A DNA stretch of 38,716 bases from a virus (Duplodnaviria > Heunggongvirae > Uroviricota > Caudoviricetes): IMG/VR virus record IMGVR_UViG_2740892369_000044. One strand, given 5' to 3'. Position numbers and translations under genes: made by a program. Within the stretch, counting starts at the first letter, position 1, and every line of letters begins with the position of its first letter. Of the stretch, positions 24,594 to 32,361 are shown one piece after another. Below the pieces are notes generated by a model that saw only the letters and a list, made by a program, of their open reading frames with translations, had not been told where the DNA came from and did no database searches.

Positions 24594-27106
24594 TGCCAGT
24601 CGTACCAACAGTATCCGGACGTCAGGTTGAGAGTCGTGGAGTTCAGTCAGCAGGCTTGCAGACGTTTTCTCAGCAAGGTATTGGTGATGCTTTTGTTCGG
24701 GCAGGGACAGAGGCAATTGATGTTTTGGGGCAGGCAAAACAGCGTGCCAATATCGCTCTGGCTCAGGAGGCATCTCTTAACCTCAGTCAGATAAGCAGCG
24801 ATCTGCTGAATAATCCTGAAACAGGATTGCTTAACCTGAAAGGGAAAAATGCTATTGGAAAAGGCCATGAGTATACGCAGCAGTTTGATGCTCAGGTCGA
24901 ACAACTGGCTATGTCGCTGCCGGATGAACAGGCTCGTAATGCTTTCATGCAGCAGGCGCAGCAGCAGCGCATTCAGTTCACTACGCAGGCCGGGCGACAC
25001 GAGATAGGGCAAATTAATGCCTACGAAGAAGGCCAGTTTCAGGCGACACTGCTGAACAATGGTAAAAATGCCGCAGCATTGTATGGCGACAACGCCGCAT
25101 ACGTATTGGCTAACAAGCAAACTTTCCAGCAAATTGAGGAGTACGGTGTTGCACATGGCTGGAGCAACGAGCAAATCCATGCCAAGAAAATCGAGTTTAA
25201 AGAGAAGGTTGCTGATGCTGCATTGTCCCAGTGGTCGGCAAACAATGCGACCGCATTCATCCAAAGTAATGGCGAGTTAAGTGATACTGCTGCTGGAGCT
25301 CGCCGTGCTGTAGCAGATAGTGACTCTTCCGAGCGTGCCCGTGGCATACGCAACAATAACCCAGGAAATCTCGAATACAGCAAAACTAATCCGTGGGTAG
25401 GCCAGACCGGTGATGATGGTCGATTTGCTAAATTCGAAACACCTGAACACGGGATTCGTGCATTAGGGCGGAACCTGATGTCGTATCAGAGGCAGGGTAT
25501 TGATACCGTCAGCGAGATAATTAATCGCTGGGCACCGCCTGCTGATAAAAATGACACTATGTCGTATATCAAAGCAGTGTGCGAACAACTTGGCGTTTCT
25601 GCTGATGAGCCTCTCGATGCATCTAATCCTGATACCCTGAAGGCGCTTTGTGCAGCCATTATCCATCATGAGAACGGTAGCCAGCCATACAGTGATCAGC
25701 AGTTAACTGCTGGTGTCAGTGCAGCACTTGGTTTATCAACAATTCCAACCAACACCAAACGCTATACCGGTAATGCAGCATTCGATGCGGCATCTCCTGA
25801 GGCGCAGGCAAGTTTTATGCGACAGGCGGATCAACTGCGTCGGCAGCAGCAGGCTGAATATAAAACGATGATTGACAGCCAGGTTCGCGATGCGACAGCT
25901 GCGTATATGCGTGGCGTTGAATTTCCTAACCCACCTGGTGAGGCTGATTTTATTGCAGCTTATGGAGTAAGAGAAGGAAACCTGCGATATACCGAGTTCA
26001 GAAATACGCAAATCGCCGGACAGTATATAGGCTCTTTCCGCAACATGCCGACAAGCAGCATTACAGCATATGTTGAGCAATTACGCCCGGATACTGGTGA
26101 GACAGGGGAGGGTTATGCGGCACGAGCCGCTCTTTATGACAACGTTGTGTCGGCTGCAAGTCAGGTGATAAAGCAGCGACAGGCTGATCCTGTACAGTTC
26201 TCTCTTGCCGCCGGACAGGCAAAGCCTATCGACATGAGCAATAAGGATAACTTTGGACAGAGCGTTGCCTTGCGTGCTGCTCAGGTCAGTGACCTTGCTA
26301 AGTCATATGGCACTCCACTGACGTTCTTTTCCAAAGACGAGGCCAATCAGATCGGTGTTTTCTTTCGTGATGCGCCCGTTTCCCAACAGGCAGCATATCT
26401 CGATACCATCAGGCAGAGCACTGGTGGTGGGCAGGTGTATATGTCAGCACTACAGCAGATCAGTGCCAACGCTCCATCTGCTGCCGTTGCCGGGATACTG
26501 ATGGATAAGCCAGGTGGTATTTTGGCAGAAAAAAACTGGTTTAATCCGGATGTTTCCGTGTCTCCAGAAACCGCTGCGCAGACAATTCTTGCTGGCGCGG
26601 CGGCTCGTAAAGGTACTGATGACGCGAAAGGTATTCCGATGCCTAAAGATGCTGATCTTCGCCTTGAGTTTTCTGACATGGTGAAGGATGCATTTGCTGG
26701 TGATGCTCAGGGGGCATCAATGGCATACGAGATCGCAAAGGACTATTACGCTGGTGTGATGGCGAAAAAAGGCGTGGTATCAGGCGAAATTGACAATGAT
26801 ATCTGGAAACAGGCTGTTAACGTAGCTACAGGTGGCGTGCATGACTATAACGGAATGGGGAATGTTCTTTTGCCGTGGGGAATGTCTGCAGAGCAATTCG
26901 ATAAGCAGGTTAATCAGGCTTGGAATGAACAAGTTGTTGGCACAGGGATAAAAACACCGCCTGGTCAGTATGGTTTGCAAAGTTACGGCGATAGTCAGTA
27001 CCTGGTGAAACTTGGTACTGGTTATCTGCTAAAAGATGATGGTTCTCCCGTTGTTCTTGATCTGACACAGAAGCGTCAGAGATTCTCCGGAGATATTCCG
27101 CAATGA
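24593..27106 (+). CDS. Large internal virion/ejection protein with a conserved NNPGN-containing domain
   Basis: ATG overlapping the upstream stop (track ORF starts 24518); motif ARGIRNNNPGNLEYSKTNPWVGQ. Confidence 0.55.
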   Translation: MPVVPTVSGRQVESRGVQSAGLQTFSQQGIGDAFVRAGTEAIDVLGQAKQRANIALAQEASLNLSQISSDLLNNPETGLLNLKGKNAIGKGHEYTQQFDAQVEQLAMSLPDEQARNAFMQQAQQQRIQFTTQAGRHEIGQINAYEEGQFQATLLNNGKNAAALYGDNAAYVLANKQTFQQIEEYGVAHGWSNEQIHAKKIEFKEKVADAALSQWSANNATAFIQSNGELSDTAAGARRAVADSDSSERARGIRNNNPGNLEYSKTNPWVGQTGDDGRFAKFETPEHGIRALGRNLMSYQRQGIDTVSEIINRWAPPADKNDTMSYIKAVCEQLGVSADEPLDASNPDTLKALCAAIIHHENGSQPYSDQQLTAGVSAALGLSTIPTNTKRYTGNAAFDAASPEAQASFMRQADQLRRQQQAEYKTMIDSQVRDATAAYMRGVEFPNPPGEADFIAAYGVREGNLRYTEFRNTQIAGQYIGSFRNMPTSSITAYVEQLRPDTGETGEGYAARAALYDNVVSAASQVIKQRQADPVQFSLAAGQAKPIDMSNKDNFGQSVALRAAQVSDLAKSYGTPLTFFSKDEANQIGVFFRDAPVSQQAAYLDTIRQSTGGGQVYMSALQQISANAPSAAVAGILMDKPGGILAEKNWFNPDVSVSPETAAQTILAGAAARKGTDDAKGIPMPKDADLRLEFSDMVKDAFAGDAQGASMAYEIAKDYYAGVMAKKGVVSGEIDNDIWKQAVNVATGGVHDYNGMGNVLLPWGMSAEQFDKQVNQAWNEQVVGTGIKTPPGQYGLQSYGDSQYLVKLGTGYLLKDDGSPVVLDLTQKRQRFSGDIPQ

Positions 27107-28905
27107 GTTACTTTGGCCTTAATCCAGTAAACCAGAATCAGCAGCTTGACGAAGCAGCATCAAATCCAGTTGGCTTTAACAGCGATGTTGGTTTTTTCGA
27201 CAATGCTGTAGGAGCGGCATTGTCTGGTTTGTACTCCGGGCTGGTGGCAAAGCCAGATCAGTTGCTCTGGGCAGGGATGGATAAAATCGTATCCCCGATT
27301 GCTCAGTTTGTTAACGAAAACACCTCGCTCAATGACACTTCAGTTTCATACATTGCCGAGCAGAGAAAACTAGCAGAGCAGCAGGTTAAGCGGCTGACGC
27401 CTGATGCCGCGACAACCGGAACCGCCGGGCAGGTTCTTTATGGGTTGTTCGATATGGGCGGGCAGGCTGTTATCGGTACAACGCTCGGTGGTCCGGTCGG
27501 AGGTGCTGCGGCGGTAACTTCGCTACAGGGTTTTTCTGAGTTTGAACGGCTGACAGCACAGGGTGTTGATTTCAGGACGGCGCAGGAAGCGGGATTAGTG
27601 CAGGGTATTACTGCTGGTGCCGGAACACTGATCCCTATGAGCCTCGGGTTACGTGCTGGTGGTGCGCTGGCGGAAGGTGTGGCGGCTCAGCTTGCGCGGA
27701 CGGGTGAAAGTTCAGTGCGACGCGCCGCAGCAACAGCAGTACGTGCAACGCCAGATATTGCCTATGCCGCAGGTACAAATATTGCGTTCGGTATGGCACA
27801 GCGTGGGCTTACTGCAAAAACGCTTCGTGATGGTGGCTATAGCGAAATGGCTAACCAGTATGATGTGTTGGATCGGCAGGCAATCGCTATTGATGCTGTT
27901 CTTGGGGTGGCGTTTGGTGGTGTCGGCAGATTTATTAACTCTCGCGGTGAGGCTACAAGCACCCCCAATTTTTCACCAGTTGATGTCGATGCGGCACTGG
28001 CGGCGAATGCCGCTCATCATGCTGAAATTGATATTTCTCCCGGCGTGCCGATCAACGTGCTTTCGCGCAATTCTCACATTCAGGCTCTGCGAAAAGCTAT
28101 GTCTGATGTTAGCCAGGGGAGACCTGTAGACGTTGCCAGCATTGTTGAGTCTGCATCTTTCAGTGAAATTCCTGGGCGCAAGAGTCTGCTGTCTCAGGCA
28201 GTTAATGAGGCTCTGTCATCTGTAGATGATGGAGTAACGGCGCGCGCTATAGAAAATCGGTTGCTTGAAGAACAGGCCGCGCAGCTTTTGCCGCGTGGAG
28301 ATAGACAGGTTTACCAGTCTGAAATCGCTAATAGCCAACGAATTATTGAAAATCTCACTGAACAGCGTGCACAAATTCTTGCAGAAGAGCCAACCGGTAG
28401 CGGTAAAGCTTTGTCTCGTGCTCGATCAGATAAACAGGCCAGACTTCGCGATATTGACCAACGAATCCGGCAGGCACAAGAACGCCTGGAATTTTCTCGT
28501 AACGCGTTGGCACCGCATGAGCCTGGCGGTCAGTTTTTTGAAGCTCGAGCAGAACTGGCTCGGAGACAGCAGGCAGAAAGTGAACTTAATGCTCAGGCTG
28601 TTTCATTCTATAAAACAGCAGAGGTCAGGACGCCAGACGAAGTAGCTCCTTTTGAGCCCGGTAAGATATTGCAACAGACAGAACAAAAAATGATGGCAGA
28701 TCCGGCAGGAGATATTGATCTGCGTATAGCTGAAGACTCGCTGCTTGAATCTCCGGACATGATAATCACCGTGCTGGATGATGATGGTAATCCACAATCG
28801 CGCAGTGCGCGTGAAGTACTGGATGAAGCGAACAGGGAAAGTGAGCAGGCAATACAGGATTCCAGCCTGTTTGATGTTGCTGTGGCGTGTTTCTTGAGAG
28901 GTTAA
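27103..28905 (+). CDS. Internal virion/ejection protein
   Basis: 600-aa coupled ORF; Gly/Ala-rich N-terminal region. Confidence 0.5.
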   Translation: MSYFGLNPVNQNQQLDEAASNPVGFNSDVGFFDNAVGAALSGLYSGLVAKPDQLLWAGMDKIVSPIAQFVNENTSLNDTSVSYIAEQRKLAEQQVKRLTPDAATTGTAGQVLYGLFDMGGQAVIGTTLGGPVGGAAAVTSLQGFSEFERLTAQGVDFRTAQEAGLVQGITAGAGTLIPMSLGLRAGGALAEGVAAQLARTGESSVRRAAATAVRATPDIAYAAGTNIAFGMAQRGLTAKTLRDGGYSEMANQYDVLDRQAIAIDAVLGVAFGGVGRFINSRGEATSTPNFSPVDVDAALAANAAHHAEIDISPGVPINVLSRNSHIQALRKAMSDVSQGRPVDVASIVESASFSEIPGRKSLLSQAVNEALSSVDDGVTARAIENRLLEEQAAQLLPRGDRQVYQSEIANSQRIIENLTEQRAQILAEEPTGSGKALSRARSDKQARLRDIDQRIRQAQERLEFSRNALAPHEPGGQFFEARAELARRQQAESELNAQAVSFYKTAEVRTPDEVAPFEPGKILQQTEQKMMADPAGDIDLRIAEDSLLESPDMIITVLDDDGNPQSRSAREVLDEANRESEQAIQDSSLFDVAVACFLRG

Positions 28906-28910
28906 ATTAA

Positions 28911-31385
28911 ATGAGACAGGAATGTATACAAGCGGTCCAGCAGGCGGCGCAGCGCACGTTAACGGCGCGAGAAATACAGAACATTGAAGACCGCATTTAT
29001 CGAAATATGCGCTCCATTGCTCGTGATGACCCGATGTCGTGGCGACAACTTTCCGAATCAGAACGGTTGTATCGTGCAGCACAATTGGCATCTGAAGAAT
29101 TACAGCGAGAAGCGGCATTAAAGAAACGTCGTGTGGCCCTCACTATAGCCGCACGTCAGAGATTGGATAAATTTATCAATAGCTATCAAGGGGCTGATGG
29201 GAAACTTGGCGCTCTTAACCGTACTATTGCTTTTAATGCAGACGGTAAATCGAATTTCCTCTCTGTTGAATCCAGAACAAAAGCCACTCGTGATTATGCA
29301 TTGAGTCAATTGCAGGAGGCATTTGAAGCAGTTGATCCTCGCTTTTTTGGCCTGTTTGAAGATGAAGCGGGCGTGCGTGACCTGGTATATGAAATGCGAG
29401 GGCAAAATACTGGCAATGCTAAAGCAAGAAAAGGTGCTAAGGCGTGGAGAGAAGTGACAGATCTACTGCGCCGCCGGTTTAATGATGCTGGTGGGGACAT
29501 TGGCTATCTCGAAAACTGGGGGATCCCTCAACATCATTCTATGGAAAAGGTTGGGGCGGTATCAAAAGATAAATGGGTTAGCGATGTTATAGGTAAGCTG
29601 GATCGCAAATATTATACCCGAGCCGATGGACAACTGATGAACGATGCCGAGTTGTCTGCATTTCTTGGAGAGGCTTATAACACGATCGCTACTGGTGGGC
29701 TGAATAAGCTTACTGATACCGGAATGCGAATTTCCGGCGTACGTGCTAACCGTGGTAATGCATCACGACAGATACATTTCAAAGATGCAGATTCCTATCT
29801 GCAATATCAGCAACTTTATGGCGATCGCTCTCTATGGGAAATCATGGTCGGTCACCTGGAAGGTATCAGTAAAGATATTGCGCTGGTGGAAACATATGGC
29901 CCAAACCCCGATCATGTTTTCCGCTCTCTTCTTGATCAGGTTAAGGCAGAAACGGCAACAGCTAACCCGAGTAAAACCGGTAGCGTCGAGCGTCTGGCGA
30001 ACAAAACAGAGAACTTGTACAACTTTATTTCCGGAAAAACACAGCCTGTAGCGAATCCGCACATCGCGCGATGGTCTGACAATATCCGCAACTGGCTGGT
30101 TGCCAGCAGACTCGGATCCGCGTTGCTGTCATCGTTCTCTGATCTTGGAACCATGTATCTGTCTGCGAAGGTTACCAACCTTCCAATGAACCAGTTATTT
30201 CGCAACCAGCTTGAAGCTATGGACCCAACGAACCGTACTGAGCTTGCGCGGGCGCGCCGCGCTGGCCTGGCGATGGAATCTCTACTTGGCAGCGTTAACC
30301 GCTGGGCGATGGATAATATGGGGCCGTCTGTGTCTCGTTGGGCGGCAACGGCGGTAATGCGTGCCAGTGGGCTTACAGCATGGTCAGATGCGCACAAGCG
30401 CGCCTATGGCGTAACCATGATGGGAAGCCTGGGAGAAGTAGTGTCACGGACACCAGACCTTCGTAGCCTCGATGACTCTGATTTTCGTATCCTGAAAAGT
30501 AAAGGGATTACTGACACAGACTGGAGCGTATGGAAGCTGGCGCAACAGGAGGACTGGGGGAACGGTAATAATACGATGCTGACACCGGAAAGCATTATGC
30601 GTATCCCTGATTCAGCAGTTAAACATCTTGGTGAGCCTGAACGCGTGAAATTTGAGGCAATGCGTAAACTGCTCGGTGCCGTAACTGAAGAAGTTGATAT
30701 GGCTGTTATTACACCGGGAGCACGTGAGCAACTGATAACCGGTTCTGGTATTCAGCGTGGAACATGGAAAGGTGAATTAACGAGAAGTGTTTTCCTGTTT
30801 AAATCGTTCCCTATCTCGGTTGTTATGCGTCACTGGTCACGCGCTATGGGTATGCCGTCTGCTGGTGGGCGTGCGGCATATATTGCGACGTTTATTGCCA
30901 GTACGACCATTCTTGGCGCTTTGTCGCAGCAACTTAACGACCTTGCGTCTGGTCGTAATCCTCGAGAGATGACAGGAGAAGATGCCGCAAAATTCTGGCT
31001 TGGTGCTCTACTGAAAGGTGGTGGTCTTGGCCTTTACGGTGACTTTTTATTGTCAGATCACACTAGGTACGGAAGCGGCGCGCTGGCGTCGATGCTTGGC
31101 CCGGTAGCTGGTCTGGTTGATGACGTAGTGAAGATTGCTCAGGGCATACCGTTAAATGCTGTGGAAGGGAAGAGTGAGCAGACTGGTGGTGATCTGGTGA
31201 AGCTGGGGAAAGGTTTGATGCCTGGTGCGAATCTCTGGTACTTGAAGGCGGCTCTCGATCACATGATCTTTAACCAGATGCAGGAGTATTTTTCACCAGG
31301 CTATTTGCGTAAAATGGAGCAACGTTCGAAGAAAGAGTTTAACCAGACATACTGGTGGCGACCTCAGGATGTCACTCCGCAATAA
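28911..31385 (+). CDS. Internal virion/ejection protein (gp16-like)
   Basis: 824-aa ORF in the position of T7 gp16. Confidence 0.5.
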   Translation: MRQECIQAVQQAAQRTLTAREIQNIEDRIYRNMRSIARDDPMSWRQLSESERLYRAAQLASEELQREAALKKRRVALTIAARQRLDKFINSYQGADGKLGALNRTIAFNADGKSNFLSVESRTKATRDYALSQLQEAFEAVDPRFFGLFEDEAGVRDLVYEMRGQNTGNAKARKGAKAWREVTDLLRRRFNDAGGDIGYLENWGIPQHHSMEKVGAVSKDKWVSDVIGKLDRKYYTRADGQLMNDAELSAFLGEAYNTIATGGLNKLTDTGMRISGVRANRGNASRQIHFKDADSYLQYQQLYGDRSLWEIMVGHLEGISKDIALVETYGPNPDHVFRSLLDQVKAETATANPSKTGSVERLANKTENLYNFISGKTQPVANPHIARWSDNIRNWLVASRLGSALLSSFSDLGTMYLSAKVTNLPMNQLFRNQLEAMDPTNRTELARARRAGLAMESLLGSVNRWAMDNMGPSVSRWAATAVMRASGLTAWSDAHKRAYGVTMMGSLGEVVSRTPDLRSLDDSDFRILKSKGITDTDWSVWKLAQQEDWGNGNNTMLTPESIMRIPDSAVKHLGEPERVKFEAMRKLLGAVTEEVDMAVITPGAREQLITGSGIQRGTWKGELTRSVFLFKSFPISVVMRHWSRAMGMPSAGGRAAYIATFIASTTILGALSQQLNDLASGRNPREMTGEDAAKFWLGALLKGGGLGLYGDFLLSDHTRYGSGALASMLGPVAGLVDDVVKIAQGIPLNAVEGKSEQTGGDLVKLGKGLMPGANLWYLKAALDHMIFNQMQEYFSPGYLRKMEQRSKKEFNQTYWWRPQDVTPQ

Positions 31386-31393
31386 GGAAGTGT

Positions 31394-31568
31394 TGTGTTT
31401 TTAATTATTTTGAGTGTGATAATTTCTGGTGGATTGTTATTTATTGACCGCTACAAATATTTTCTTAACCCTCAGACTCAAGCTATTTGCTGGTTCATCT
31501 TTGTTGTGCAGGGAGTAGTTCTTGTTGCAAGCCTTATTGAGGGGAGGCCTCTTATTTTTACTGGGTAA
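31394..31568 (+). CDS. Small two-TM membrane protein (about 58 aa), not in the ORF track
   Basis: Hand-translated GTG-initiated ORF with AAGGAAG ribosome-binding site overlapping the upstream stop; hydrophobic sequence FLIILSVIISGGLLF...WFIFVVQGVVLVASLI. Confidence 0.3.
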
Positions 31569-31580
31569 ATAGGTGACTAC

Positions 31581-31877
31581 ATGCAAGCTATAGGATTCAT
31601 TGTTTATATCGTCGTTGGTCTTTTTCAGTTGGCAGCAATTATGGCTGGGCTTGAATCATGGTGGGGATTGCACTGGATAATTGCAGCCCCCATTGCTTTC
31701 ATCGTGAGCTATATTCCATTTGTTGGAGCGATTGTTGGTATGGTTGGCGCTGTGGATGTATGGCGGTGGGAGTGGTGGCAGGCTGGCCTTCTCTTCTTTG
31801 GTGGGATCATCTTTGCTATTGTCTGCGGTGGAATGTCATCATTTTTCGAATGGCTATCATTCAGAAAAGGGACGTGA
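31581..31877 (+). CDS. Small multi-TM membrane protein
   Basis: 98 aa; three or four hydrophobic helices, Trp-rich. Confidence 0.55.
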   Translation: MQAIGFIVYIVVGLFQLAAIMAGLESWWGLHWIIAAPIAFIVSYIPFVGAIVGMVGAVDVWRWEWWQAGLLFFGGIIFAIVCGGMSSFFEWLSFRKGT

Positions 31878-31885
31878 CATGTCAC

Positions 31886-31910
31886 AGGCCGCTTTCGCGG
31901 CCTTTTCTTT
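31886..31910 (+). terminator. Rho-independent terminator
   Basis: Stem AGGCCGC / GCGGCCT with loop TTTC, followed by TTTCTTT. Confidence 0.65.
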
Positions 31911-32166
31911 ATGTGGTTTGTTTTCGTAATTGTTCGGCACAATAGTCGAGATGTGTTTGCAGATCCTGCATAGACATCTGTGAGCTGGTGACGTAGTTAA
32001 TCAGTGCAGTCAGTTCGGCAAGTGGGCCATCGACATTAAATCCATCCTTATCGAGATCCCGGAGTAATTTCATCAAGTGCGATCCCTCCACCAGTGACCT
32101 GACGCCTCCCGGCGTGTGAATCCTTTCGGTAAATCCGTCTTCCAGTGGATAGTGATACTGCTGCAT
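31909..32166 (-). CDS. Small SOS-controlled protein (about 85 aa); candidate antirepressor or other SOS effector
   Basis: ATG at 32166 with GGAGAAG ribosome-binding site (track ORF starts at TTG 32184); canonical LexA box about 20 bp upstream; antisense to the late operon. Confidence 0.55.
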   Translation of the reverse strand: MQQYHYPLEDGFTERIHTPGGVRSLVEGSHLMKLLRDLDKDGFNVDGPLAELTALINYVTSSQMSMQDLQTHLDYCAEQLRKQTT

Positions 32167-32185
32167 CTTATCTTCTCCATGCAAT

Positions 32186-32205
32186 AACTGTATAAATATA
32201 CAGTA
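32186..32205. promoter_or_regulatory. LexA (SOS) box AACTGTATAAATATACAGTA
   Basis: 18 of 20 matches to the consensus TACTGTATATATATACAGTA, with correct CTGT-N8-ACAG spacing and AT-rich centre; position anchored to ORF-track codons. Confidence 0.75.
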
Positions 32206-32242
32206 TCAAATAATTTGTTTGCTATCCAGCACGTTTTGCGAA

Positions 32243-32297
32243 TCACCTGAAAGGTAATATCTGTTCGTATTTATGGGTTATATATCCATATGTGGTT
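32243..32297 (+). promoter_or_regulatory. Late-promoter-like cassette upstream of the tailspike: TCACCTGAAAGGTAA (about 32243-32257) and CATATGTGGTT (about 32287-32297)
   Basis: Read directly; first ATG at 32362. Confidence 0.55.
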
Positions 32298-32361
32298 TTT
32301 CAGGTAATAGAATAACCGGATATGCGGCGCAACGGGTGCTGCGACTATCTGGAGATTTAAC

